Positions 9,185 through 20,800 are shown, counted from the first letter of the whole stretch. The stretch: DNA of 61,861 nt, filler included, from Globobulimina sp. (GCA_003354225.1; 27 parts of 27 records of this genome joined end to end with filler, not necessarily neighbours in it); one strand, 5' to 3'. Translations and numbers: made by a program. The notes: a model not told the origin generated them from the letters alone.

Positions 9185-11334
9185 TTTGGATTTTTCTGTT
9201 TTGTAAACTTTACAAAATCATCCAATGATATACATCCATCATTATCAGTATCGATTAGTTCAAATCTTTGTTTTAATCCTTGTCTCCATTCTTCCTGTTT
9301 CGAATTCTTTGTTTCTGTTCCTGTTCCTCGCACCAATTTGGTGCCCGATTTCTTTGAATATAAATTTAAATAATTATGGGAACCCACCAATGACGAACTA
9401 GTACCATCCAATGTGTGTACTATATCATCCATACTGTTGCTGACACTCTTACTCTTACTCTTACTCTTACTCACTGACAATGAGCCTTCTCTGAGTCCTC
9501 TCTGTTCATCATTCGATGTTAATATCTTATTACCAGTGTTGTTATTATTATTATTTGTGAATTTATTATCGAGATAATGTCGCAATTGGTTTATTTTAGT
9601 TTGATCAATAGATTTTTCCAAATCATTCTTTCTTTGTAAATATTCGGCTTTGATTCTTTCAGTCTCATATCTTAAATTTTCATTTTTATGTTGTAGCTCT
9701 TGTTTGTCTTGTTTTAAAATCATAATTTCGTTTTGTCGCTCGGATAACAGTTTTTGAGTCTCATTGTAATCTTTTTGCAATTTATGATATTGCTCCATCA
9801 CATTGTTGTATTGCGATATTAATTCTCGTGTTACCTTCTTACTGTCATGCACTTGGACATTATTATTGTGACTGTCAACAAAGTTTGCTTCCAATAATTC
9901 CCTCAAATTAGTCAGTGATTTTTTGATTTGAATATGTGAGGTACGCACCATTGACAAATGGCTGTCAACAATCACTGGAAAGGAATAATTCTCATTCTCA
10001 TCTGCTTTCATATCGACATCATTCTCATTATTATAATTATTGTTATTTGGCGATGTGGAGGGTGTGGTGGTTGATAATGGCAATGATATGAATTTATGAA
10101 TGATGACAGAGCCCCGAGCCATATCCTGAGGCGGTGTGGTTGGTGGCGGTGACATATTTTTTTTTTTATAATCATTATGTATGGAATCTCGACTACCATT
10201 ATTATTCTCAAATCTTTTTATTTCATTTTGTTGTATTTCCAATTCCTTTTCTAATGTTTCTAATTGACCTGTTTTTATAATTAATGTTATTTAACTGTAT
10301 ACATTATACAATGTCGCAAAATCGCAAACATAGACGACAACTTAACTTAATATCGTATTTGATATGGCTTGCAATTGAATGTTTTTCTGTGCTAAATCAG
10401 CCATTTTCTTTTGAGACAAATCATTTGTTGCCATATGATTAGCAATCTCTTGACTTAATAATTGCATCTCATTACTTTGATTAGTATTTACTTCCTTTAC
10501 TTGATTAAATTCTTTCTGTAATCGATTATATTTACTCAATATATCATTATAATTACTTTCTAAATCTTCATATTTCTCATTTGCTGTTAATTTCTCAACT
10601 TTATCCAGTGATTGTTGTTGTAATAATGTGTTATACTTTATTTCTGTTTCGCTTTCCACTGTTTGTGATGGTGACGGTGATGGCAATGGTAATGGCATTG
10701 GTGTTGCTGTTGGCAATGTGTCCGATGTTTGTGCTTGTAATGATTGTATTAATTGTGATTGTTTATCAATTATACGCTGCATTTCATATTTGCTTAACTC
10801 TCTATTTAATTTAATATTATTTTCAATCAATCTCGCACGCTGTCCAAATCTCAATGAATTTATAGTTTCGTCGCGTTTGATTAGTTGCATACTACAGGTT
10901 ATAATGCAGGTTGTTTTGGTGTTGCCCCCCAAGGAATCCCTTAAGATGGTGGTCAATGCACTATTTTTATATGGTACTTGTGTTTTTTTTGCAGATAATG
11001 AGTGTATTACAAGTTTTATATTATTATTGGCGGTCTCTTCGCTGAGTTCGCTGCCGGCACTGTCAACAAAGTAACACTTGGTTTTGCGGTGTGCATTGTT
11101 GCTTAATTTTTGTTTTACAGTAAGACAGGCCAAGCAATGCGAGCGATGACTCGAAAACAAACTATGTTTAGCTATTTTGGTCCGATTTAGTTTGATAACC
11201 TCAACCATTTTGAGAGCGTCATCCGGAGAGGTCATGAATTTTTGAGTTAAATTCTCAACGTAGGTCTCACCCGATGGTGATAGACATATTTTTAATTTGC
11301 TTGATGAATGCTGTGTTTTTACTTGATTTAACAA
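9185..11334 (-). CDS. Kinesin (kinesin-1-like motor C-half, coiled coil, C-terminal EF-hand); both ends partial; intron 10269-10346
   Basis: RSH, DSAGSE, VPYKNSALTTILRDSLGGNTKT, ETINSLRFGQRA. A 78-bp GTTAAG...AACAG intron joins ORF 10342-11334 in frame to ORF 9133-10242. EF loop DTDNDGCISLDD. Confidence 0.85.
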
Positions 11335-11531
11335 GTGCGTTCACTGAAATTCCAAACTTTTTGATCCCTGGTTTGTTTTGNNNNNNNNNNNNNNNNNNNN
11401 NNNNNNNNNNNNNNNNNNNNNNNNTTAATTAATTAANNNNNNNNNNNNNNNNNNNNNNNNNNNNNNNNNNNNNNNNNNNNGTAATTGAATGGATTAAACA
11501 GGAAAAATCTCAAATATTAAAATGGCAAACA

Positions 11532-12128
11532 ATGAGTAGCAATGAGTTATTGTTGGAAATGCAAACATTAAAAGAAAGTTCAAACGAACTTAAGACAAAA
11601 AGACTGAGATTAGAGAGGGAAACAGATAAAATTCGGCGGAAATTGAAGCTAGAGCTATATGCTGAATATATTGGAGGATTACTAGCGACTCAAATCGTTA
11701 TTTCTGATATCGATGTTTTTATAGCCGGTTATATTCGAAAAGAAGAAGTGAGGATTGGTCAAATTATCCCATATGAAATACAGGGTGTTGTTATGTTATA
11801 TTTTGGTGTCATTGAAAAAACACTTAACAATGAAAAGGTGGATCATATGCAGCGATATATGATGCAAATGAAGGTGACAGAAGAAGATCATGTCAAAGTT
11901 TTGAATGATTTGGGATATGATACAGAAACGTTTGATAAATTCAAATCTGGGAAAGCAGCTTTTCGGCTTGATCCGGAATGTGTGGTTTGTTATGGAGCTG
12001 CAGATCATATGATTTTGCCATGTTGTCATATCTGTCTTTCGGAAGACTGTGTTTCATGTTGGGGCTTAGAGATTTGTCCAGTATGCGACATCCCCATACA
12101 AGATATCAAACAAGTGTTTTATTCCTGA
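11532..12128 (+). CDS. RING-finger (C3HC4-like) protein with an inserted module of about 35 aa
   Basis: CVVC...LPCCHICLSEDC...CPVC at the C-terminus (one ligand appears as Ser); complete ATG-TGA ORF. Confidence 0.8.
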   Translation: MSSNELLLEMQTLKESSNELKTKRLRLERETDKIRRKLKLELYAEYIGGLLATQIVISDIDVFIAGYIRKEEVRIGQIIPYEIQGVVMLYFGVIEKTLNNEKVDHMQRYMMQMKVTEEDHVKVLNDLGYDTETFDKFKSGKAAFRLDPECVVCYGAADHMILPCCHICLSEDCVSCWGLEICPVCDIPIQDIKQVFYS

Positions 12129-12194
12129 CCTCAAAATAAATAAAATACTAAATTAGTAAACTACTGTACTAGTAAGTTAATTTCCAACCTGACC

Positions 12195-12964
12195 ATGTCT
12201 GAATGGCCTGAATGGCGAGGATCTGCAAAAACAGCTGTAATATGGAGACTTACGTATTGCGCAATTAATATCGGATCGCTGTATATTGTGTCCTATATCA
12301 AATCCGATATTTTCATAAAGATATTCGCAAAGCTTGGTGCGGAAACAGGATGTATTGATGAAAAGCAATTGAAACTTTTCAAATTAACCACTGGGATAAG
12401 AGTAATGAAGTTACGTAACAATAAAATGGCTTTCATTTTCAGTTTTGGTATTAAAAAATCTACAGACAAAGTATATGGGCACTCAAACATTTACAATATG
12501 GATTACCAGCATGGTTTTTTGTGTTTGATGGAATCAACCAATGTTTAATTGATTTATCTATAATTTGGGTGTATATAAAATATGGACAGAAACACAACAA
12601 GAACACAAATTGGATGAATATTATCGGAATGGTGTTATTTTTTGTTGGTGCAACTATAGAATCGACCCATGATCATTTATTGAGACAATTTAAAACTTCC
12701 AATGATAATACAGCAAAACTTTATACTCAGGGATTTGCGAAATATGTTGCTTACCCAAATTACTGTGGCTTTATTTTATGGCGAAGTGGTGGTGCATTAT
12801 TATCAAATAACATATGGTGTTCATCAATAATTGGTTTATGTTTCAGTTCAATGTTTATATTTGCTTCAATTCCTGAAAAAGAACACTATTTGAGCACAAA
12901 GTATGGCACGAAATATCGACAATATATCAATAAAACAGCGAAATTATTTCCTGGAATATATTAA
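12195..12964 (+). CDS. DUF1295 / steroid 5-alpha-reductase-like membrane protein; intron 12410-12465
   Basis: GATIESTHDHLLRQFK...KLYTQGFAKYVAYPNYCG...EKEHYLSTKYG.KYRQY..KTAKLFPGIY. A 56-bp GT-AG intron joins the two ORFs in frame. Confidence 0.8.
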
Positions 12965-13387
12965 CATGGTCATTTCAGCTTGCTTTTTGTGAGAAATTGT
13001 CGATATTCATCTTGTAAGTTCAAATTTGTTTTTTAGTTTAAAAAAAACTTTTACAAAACCAATAACGCGGAAATTCTATAATACCTTTTTTTCTTATTGT
13101 TGATTATAATGTAGCTGCAGATCAGAAATGTCACTTGTTTTGAATAAAATTATAACAAGGCATAAAATTAATAAATAAAAATACAATGAGTAAGTAAAAT
13201 AGATACAAAAGATATAGTACGTAAATATACGAAATGTCACAAAAAAACAACAAAAGAATAATTTCAAAATAACATAAAAATACAGTATAATTTTTTTACA
13301 AAGTGTATAATAAAAATAAGCATATTCCCATATTAATATAGGAATCTCTTTTAATAAAATAATCCATATAAAACAAATAAAAAAATA

Positions 13388-13676
13388 TTAAATTGTATCC
13401 AGCAAAGCTGTCTTTTCATTGAATTCGAAGCTTATATATTTGTGATGATTTGACGTATGATTACCTATATTTCCTCGATATTCTTCATTTTTAGAAACTG
13501 TCACATATTGAACCAATCTATAAATAAAATATATTAACAATCCAGAAATTGTTACTGCTAAAATGCCCAACATAATCGACGTAATATAACTGTTTTTATT
13601 TATATCTTGATTGCTTATTTCAAATTCTTCACAAATCTCAAATCCAAATATGTCATAAAACTTTATATTATCATTC
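13388..13676 (-). CDS. C-terminal fragment of a single-pass membrane protein (5'-partial)
   Basis: One hydrophobic helix (MLGILAVTISGLLIYFIY) then a short tail to TAA. Confidence 0.45.
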
Positions 13677-14107
13677 NNNNNNNNNNNNNNNNNNNNNNNN
13701 NNNNNNNNNNNNNNNNNNNNTTAATTAATTAANNNNNNNNNNNNNNNNNNNNNNNNNNNNNNNNNNNNNNNNNNNNATTAAATCGCATTCTCACCAAAAC
13801 AATCAATATGCGCTTATTATCAAATCTTCTGTACACATATCTTCTTTTTTTTGCTTTTTTTCTGTCGACTGCCATTCTCACGTTATTGCTGCGATAAGTG
13901 ATGATAAATCATATGTATTAGTGACAGTAAACAGACAGTTTGGCGAATGGCGAGTTAGTAATAATTTAACATAAACAAAAAATCAATCGGGAATATGAAA
14001 AAAAAACAATTGGCCAAGATAACACATTACATAATAACCGACGGACAAATGATACAAAAAAAAATAGAGAAAAAATAGAAAATAAATTATATAAATAAGA
14101 TACACTG

Positions 14108-15820
14108 TCAATTTGCTTGTGTAGTGCCAGCTTGTTGAATAGGCACAGTTTGAATTATAGGTTGTTGCACAGTTTGTCCCTGCTGGTTTACATAATGAAT
14201 TGGTTGCCGGTATGGCGCAGCCACATAAATAACCCGCGGAGCTTGTTGTGGTACTGGTTGTGGTCTATCTCCTTTCTCCTCAGTATGACGGTGCGGTTTT
14301 GGTTGTGGTGTATCCGCCATTACAACAGCTCGCATTTTCGGTATCCTTTTCGTATTTATTTCCTGTTTGCAATACACAGCAACAATATAAACATCATAAA
14401 AATGGCACGATAACAATAATGGAACTAACAAGGCAAATAAACCAAAATAATAACCAGTAAATATACTAAATAACAACATAAACAATGACTGAATAAATAG
14501 GCACCACACTTGTGCCATAAATGCGCTTTTATTGCATGAATATAAACCAAACCAACACCAAACATTTACCATCACAGCAATACCAGCCATAAAGCAGTTA
14601 AATATACAAAACGTTTTCGTTAAACCGTGATCCTCGAATAATTCCCTACAATCCACGGTTTTGGTGCTCTCACCGTCGGGAACCACACAATTCATCCATG
14701 TCTCATAATCGTCGTATAATATCACTGTGGTAGTCACTGCGGATGCAAACCATAATAGATTCTGCAAAATCATGTAAATTAACCATATCACTGACCATGT
14801 TTGTTGTGTACACATACAACAACAAAAATCATACGGAGCGTTCATTTTGTCGCGAAATAATTTCTGTAACAAATATGAGTACAAAAAAGTCAACAAATAC
14901 TAGTATCTATAAATGGATGCATACCAAAATCTTTTGCTCTGTGCGTTTCTTGCGATAATTTGCATGATAATGAGCTAAATCCGCAGGGTCTGCCACGTGC
15001 ATTACAGCATAATTGTTGGGTGCCGGCGATAACGTACTCATATTTTCATCATAAATACCGCCTTGTTGGAAATATTGCGCCTATATTATTGTATACAGCG
15101 TTAATTAATTTAAATCCGCAAATATAGTTTTTATGTACAATAACAACATAGCAATCGGGTAGAAACAAATTAATTTGCAACAAAAAAAAAACATACCAAT
15201 TGATAAAGCATCCAAAAATAACAAGATAACATGATAGGAATAAATAATCCAAATACTCCCCAATATAAACCACAGAGAATGGAATGAACCAAAATGAATA
15301 TAACTTGAATATTTATGCAAACGTATAATGTCATAAATATCCATGGAACGCATTCTTGCAAGGCATGGAAGGTGAAGATGCAGACACATGTATAAATGGA
15401 GAGGAATGCAATTTCAATGGATAAGAATGGAATGGTTAACCCAGCATTTTCATAGAATTCCCTCGCATCCACACATTCTTTGGGTGCGCCCGCTGATGGA
15501 TAATAACATAGTTCGTGGGTCCAATAATCATCCAATAATACTTTTAGATGATAGCCTGCAATTACTACATTGGTAATGTTTGATAATAATAAATAAATTA
15601 CAAAAAAATGGGCACTGCACCATGAGGAACAACATCCATCATTCTCACGCAATTTGCGTTGAAATAATACCTCCGGCGGTGCTTGTCTTTTTACAACAAC
15701 ATATTGTTTGTTTCTTTTTGGAGCTAATGGTTGTGCTTGTTTTCTTACCACAACGTGTGCTGCCTGGGCCTGTTGCGGCACATTTAATGGTGCTAACTCT
15801 TGTTGGACTTGTTGTGCCAT
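14108..15820 (-). CDS. Membrane protein of about 511 aa with two tandem homologous 4-TM domains; exons 15820-15197, 15080-14925, 14863-14108
   Basis: Two phase-0 GTATG...AG introns (15081-15196, 14864-14924) join both ORFs. The halves align: LDDYWTHELC/YDDYETWMNC, CVDAREFYENAGLT/VDCRELFEDHGLT, GLYWGVFGLFIPIMLSCYF/GYYFGLFALLVPLLLSCHF. Confidence 0.8.
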
Positions 15821-15923
15821 TTAAATTTCAAACTTCGTATCTGATGTTTTTAGTAAATTTCAAAGTTTTTAGTAAAATATGATGTCTGCAATTTGATTTT
15901 CGTTTATGACGATGGTATTTCAT

Positions 15924-15959
15924 TAGGGTTTTTGCTTTTAGTTCATTTCTTCAATGAAC
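15924..15959 (-). repeat. 36-bp dispersed element, copy 2
   Basis: 33/36 identical to 2061-2096; about 100 bp upstream of the ATG at 15820. Confidence 0.75.
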
Positions 15960-16329
15960 GCTTTGATAATTGNNNNNNNNNNNNNNNNNNNNNNNNNNNN
16001 NNNNNNNNNNNNNNNNTTAATTAATTAANNNNNNNNNNNNNNNNNNNNNNNNNNNNNNNNNNNNNNNNNNNNATAAATAAAATGTTAAAAGATAACATTT
16101 TATTAATAATGTTAAAAACATTTTTTAACGCATGATGAAATATGAAATGTTAATTATAAGGTATATTAGGCACGGCCTAGTATATTATGCTTGCGAGCAT
16201 GTTTTTTTAGAAATCTAAACTATTAAAGTAAAGTTTTCGTTTTTAACATTATATGAAAAACCTTAAAATGTTCACTAAGAATCCAATCATTTAACTAGAT
16301 GGGCGACTCTTTTAACATTATATTTTTAA

Positions 16330-18158
16330 CCTATTTTCCTTCCTATAATATGGATGGAACAATCAATGCAATCAAATCGAAAGACAAAGCCAATAATTAT
16401 TTGAATTACATCCATCGTTTCGATGATGACGAAATGGAGGAAGAAAGAGAGGAAATTGAGAATGAACAGTTTAATAAAATAATACATGGATACAAAACGT
16501 CAAATAGATCCAAATTTGGTACGGCTAAGCACGTGGAAGAAACGACGAAGATGAATCAAATTATGCGACGAGATGAGACGCGGAAAGTAATCATGTCATT
16601 TAGCAGAAAGAAAGCGAGAGATATCTGTCATTTTGAAGGCAGGAAAGGATGACAAATATATGGATAGCTACCGCCCCGTCTCCCTGCTTTCAAGCTGCAG
16701 CAATCCGTTTGAGATAAATGGATGGCTGGGAGATACCTAACGTATGGAATCAAGATGAAAATCATTAGAATGAGACACTTTGGATTTATCAAAGGGATTG
16801 GTTGTGTAGACACCATCGCGTATTTGGTCGAATTTGTGTGGAATAATAGGATAATTAGACAAGAAACGCATGTCGTTTTAATCGATTTTAAAGCAGCATT
16901 CGACACATTGCAGCATAGAATGATTTTGGAATGTATGGAATTGGACATTGGCATTACTGGCTTTGCGCTGAGATACTCATATGTTGCATTAGAGTATCGG
17001 TGGGGGAGAGTGTATGTGTATGGATTTTATAGCGAATGGCGTCAGGACTTTTGTGGAGTGCCGCAGGGATGGCCGTCTTCGTCGGTAATCTTAGTGTCGA
17101 ATGGAACGGCGATGGGTGAGAATTTGAGAAAGAATATGCAATATGCGGTTGATTTGATTAGTTACATTTCGAGGAAGAAGAGGCTGTTTCTACAGCCCAA
17201 AAAGCAGAATTATATGGTGATAGATGATAAGCTGAATAAGAGCTGCCATAAGCAACTGTACTTCGATCTGACTATGGATGGCAAAGAAATAACAAAGAAG
17301 TACTCTCCGGTTAGATACCTGGGAGTGTGGATCGATTGGAATTTAAACTGGGACCACCAGTACGCCACAACAATCAGTAATGGTATCTATAACAGATATA
17401 AGAATGCGTCCGAATTGGTATCAAGGCAGTTGGCAAATATCTACAAAGCATTTGTGTATCCTAAGATGCTGTACGCGGCAGAGATATGGTATGCGGATAA
17501 ACACCCATTGACACCAAAGCTGCGTTCTGTGTTTAATGATATGATAAGACATTGCAATGGAACGCCTATTACATGGCAACATGTCCAGATCGGAGAAACG
17601 GATATGACAGAAATGATAAAACAGAGAAAATCGACGCTATGGTCACGTCTAATTAGATCCCCTCAGACAAACATATTGAGCAATATTATTAAAACAAAAT
17701 ATTGGTCGCTATGGAATGAGGAAAGAGTCAATGAAAGATGTGATCATTTTGATGAGAAGTATAACAAAAAAGAGAATCAGATACAGCGCAACAAACTAGA
17801 TATTACGGTGAAGAATGAGATTCGGAGACATGCGATGAGTGATGAATGGAAGTTTACGAATAAGAATGTGAAAGAAAAGAAGTTTGAGAGTAAGATGAAG
17901 ATTGTGAATGAATATAGGAAGAAATATAAAGGCAGATATCATATATTGTACGAGTTGTTCGATGAAGCGAGAAATCTGCGGAATGCGGACTACAAATTCA
18001 TGAAAAATATCGATTATGATACGGTGCCAAGCAATCTAACCTACCATTCGAGTGATGACAGTACACAGAAATTAAGGTTGAGGATTGGGAGGAGAGTCTG
18101 TATTATTATGATAAAGACCCCCAAAAAGTATACAAAGTCAAGAATAGAAATACAGTAG
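16330..18158 (+). mobile_element. Decayed non-LTR (LINE-like) retrotransposon reverse transcriptase
   Basis: YRPVSLLS in an alternative frame near 16668-16695, HFGF, DFKAAFD, GVPQG, RYLGVWID..LNW..Q, IYKAFVYPKMLYAAEIW. Frameshifts are present and the YADD segment is absent. Confidence 0.85.
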
Positions 18159-18180
18159 TGTTCCCGATAAGAGGTACGCA

Positions 18181-18268
18181 TATTAGTGCTAATATATATA
18201 TTAGTTGTACTAATATATTTATAGAATGGAGCACATGTCACGCATTTTTTTACTAATATATAATATAT
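18181..18268 (+). repeat. 88-bp AT-rich sequence shared with the start of contig 16 (34435-34522)
   Basis: 87/88 identical, same orientation. Confidence 0.92.
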
Positions 18269-18368
18269 NNNNNNNNNNNNNNNNNNNNNNNNNNNNNNNN
18301 NNNNNNNNNNNNTTAATTAATTAANNNNNNNNNNNNNNNNNNNNNNNNNNNNNNNNNNNNNNNNNNNN

Positions 18369-18424
18369 CGAGATATGAGATCCGAGATATGAGATCCGAG
18401 ATATGAGATCCGAGATATGAGATC
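18369..18424. repeat. Tandem repeat, 14-bp unit CGAGATATGAGATC x4, running off the contig start
   Basis: Four exact units visible. Confidence 0.9.
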
Positions 18425-18576
18425 TGATGGTTGTGCGGCGGCCCCGCTGCCGCACCTTCTTCTCAAGGGTTCAAGGGTCCCCGACCCACCTAGGTCCAAT
18501 TATCTGAGAAACGCTTTGCAAATACAAGTACTAAAATGTCAGGTTCAGTTATGCTACCAAAGAGTGAAAATAAAAA

Positions 18577-18978
18577 TTATGTTCTTTTAATATTACACAT
18601 TTCGGTGCTGTTATTTGGGGTAATTGTCACTTCTGTGGAACAAGAAAGAGTGTTTTTGGACCACAAAGAAAGACATTTTGCATGTAAACAATTACAATAT
18701 TTTCTATACCATATTTCTGTGAATGGAAATGTTAAAATAATATACATGGTTGAAATCATTGAATCTGTAATAACCAATGCAAAATGTACCCGATATGCCA
18801 TGTAATAAAATTCAAATGTTCCAGTTTTTACTGCATAATCAATTGCTAAACTTTTAACAATTTGCGATGCTGTAAATATTTGAGTTGATAATACAGTTAA
18901 AAATGTCAATAAAAAATATTTTATCATCACATTAAATATTTTTAAAGAATGTTCGTTTTTAAAGAATGTTCCAAACAT
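18577..18978 (-). CDS. C-terminal fragment (last TM helices) of a divergent 7TM receptor-like protein
   Basis: Two hydrophobic helices then DSMISTMYIILTFPFTEIWYRKYCNCLHAKC. The N-terminal part is missing, possibly a chimeric junction. Confidence 0.45.
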   Translation of the reverse strand: MFGTFFKNEHSLKIFNVMIKYFLLTFLTVLSTQIFTASQIVKSLAIDYAVKTGTFEFYYMAYRVHFALVITDSMISTMYIILTFPFTEIWYRKYCNCLHAKCLSLWSKNTLSCSTEVTITPNNSTEMCNIKRT

Positions 18979-19011
18979 CTAACAAGAAACTTTGATGAAA
19001 TCCGCTCATGT

Positions 19012-19650
19012 TTAGCTAGAGATTATTTCGCTTCGTAATACCAATTTGAAATCCTTTTTCGGCAGCGGTTTGGCGTCATCTTTAAGGCTGAGTTTACGCC
19101 ATATTCCAGGGCCACTCGAGGAAGAGTCGCATATATTCGCTAAACCCGTATGTGGTCCGTCCGTATCCCATGCTGGATTAACACCGATTTTTGCATGAAT
19201 AGGAGAAATGGAGAATTGTGCAGCACCAAATCGATCGTCAAAAACGAAATCACATTTTTCCGCATCTGTACCAAATATTGACATTTCTTTGGTTAATTCA
19301 AATGATGGACGGTTGAGTGCGTTATTTAAGGGACGTAAAATGGCCCATGGTTGTCTGTAGGGTCTTGTGTATTGTTCTTCTGCAGCTGACGATGTTATTG
19401 ATGTTTCAGATGTTTCAGGCTCTCGTCTGGTACGTTTTGGACCTTTTGCTTGTGATGATTGAGGATGTATTTGAGGGCTTCTTTTCCTTTTACACCGGTT
19501 TCTGTTTGATGTTGCTTTGGATTTGGAATTGCATGATTTGTAAAATGAAGTTATTGAACGTTGATTTGTGTTTTTCTTCTTTTTTTTACGGTTTCTTCTT
19601 TTTACTGCAGTCGATGAACCTGGCTGTCGTTTATGGTCAGCATGTTTCAT
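19012..19650 (-). CDS. Basic low-complexity protein with a degenerate FHA-like domain
   Basis: PWAILRPLN...FELTKEMSIFGTDAEKCDFVF...ISPIHAKI resembles the FHA pattern FGR..CD...IS..H but lacks the conserved Arg. Confidence 0.5.
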   Translation of the reverse strand: MKHADHKRQPGSSTAVKRRNRKKKKKNTNQRSITSFYKSCNSKSKATSNRNRCKRKRSPQIHPQSSQAKGPKRTRREPETSETSITSSAAEEQYTRPYRQPWAILRPLNNALNRPSFELTKEMSIFGTDAEKCDFVFDDRFGAAQFSISPIHAKIGVNPAWDTDGPHTGLANICDSSSSGPGIWRKLSLKDDAKPLPKKDFKLVLRSEIISS

Positions 19651-19720
19651 GATACTTATTGTCGTTGTTACTCCTCTCTATTTTTCATTTCTAAACTAAA
19701 AAAACAATAGAAATCCGATC

Positions 19721-20548
19721 ATGGATTCTTCACAAAGGAAAAAACACTCAAAATACAGGTATAATAAACTATACACTCTTTGCAATCAACACATGTGCAT
19801 CATATTTGTTTCATATCTCAGGCAGACAGACAATAACAAACAATCATACCACCAATACCAAAGACCGCAATATTCCCAATACAAAAACAGATTGCGTAAC
19901 CAACAAAATTTCCAAAACAACACCAACAAAAACCCGTTCGATTGGCTCTTAGGTTTAATATTTTGCCTCGGCTTCATAGTCGCAATGTTAATTGTCGTCG
20001 TAATCTACGCATTATTCCAACACCACGCACTGCAGAGCATAGACAACAGTCACAAGGAAGAAAATATTGGTGTATCCATCATAGATTATTCCCGCGAAGT
20101 TACCCCCACCAAAATCGAGCCATCAGATATACCCAATACATTGCCACCGCTGCAATCCACACTAATCGGAACCAATGCCATTTACCAATCCCTTCGCGAC
20201 GAGATTGACGTTATGAAAACACCTATAAACTGCAGCTTCATTGACCAGCTCTATCAATGTGAAGGAATGTATTTTAACAATTTCACGCATTACAATGACG
20301 ATTGGAGCCGACTGGTCGGTATAAAATGGCACATTCCCTCTAAAATAGCCAGTACATTCGCTGGGGACAAGAATCAATTTACAAAATGGAGGTACAACAT
20401 CATTAATTACCCGATAATCCCACTTTATTTAACCTCGAAAAAGCCTCGAGTTGAGTTTGAAATATATATTTTCTATGCATTACAATTGCACGATTCAAGC
20501 GCAAGGATTTGCATATTACATAGGACAATATTCGGATATCCATCGTGA
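19721..20548 (+). CDS. Type II membrane protein of unknown function; the 3' end may be chimeric
   Basis: 275-aa ORF with one TM helix (WLLGLIFCLGFIVAMLIVVVIYALF). Confidence 0.5.
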   Translation: MDSSQRKKHSKYRYNKLYTLCNQHMCIIFVSYLRQTDNNKQSYHQYQRPQYSQYKNRLRNQQNFQNNTNKNPFDWLLGLIFCLGFIVAMLIVVVIYALFQHHALQSIDNSHKEENIGVSIIDYSREVTPTKIEPSDIPNTLPPLQSTLIGTNAIYQSLRDEIDVMKTPINCSFIDQLYQCEGMYFNNFTHYNDDWSRLVGIKWHIPSKIASTFAGDKNQFTKWRYNIINYPIIPLYLTSKKPRVEFEIYIFYALQLHDSSARICILHRTIFGYPS

Positions 20549-20800
20549 CCCAGACGTCTATGGANNNNNNNNNNNNNNNNNNNNNNNNNNNNNNNNNNNN
20601 NNNNNNNNTTAATTAATTAANNNNNNNNNNNNNNNNNNNNNNNNNNNNNNNNNNNNNNNNNNNNGGTTTGAACGAAAGAAAAAAGAAAATGAATTAAAAA
20701 ACAATCAAAATGGGTTAAACAAATAGTAATTGATAAACACTGCAATTTGAAATTTTGAATCATATTAATTATTTATGTGTTACACATTTTCATAATAAAC

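Noticed and set aside
9445-9472. (CTCTTA)n and similar short repeats (1615-1635, 10665-10705, 40360-40400)
   Set aside because: They are microsatellites encoding low-complexity peptides such as SKSKSK, EYEYE, PSPSP and PTFNPTFN.
18369-18424. 14-bp repeat as a telomere or CRISPR array
   Set aside because: There are no spacers and no cas genes, and the strand pointing to the contig end is not G-rich.
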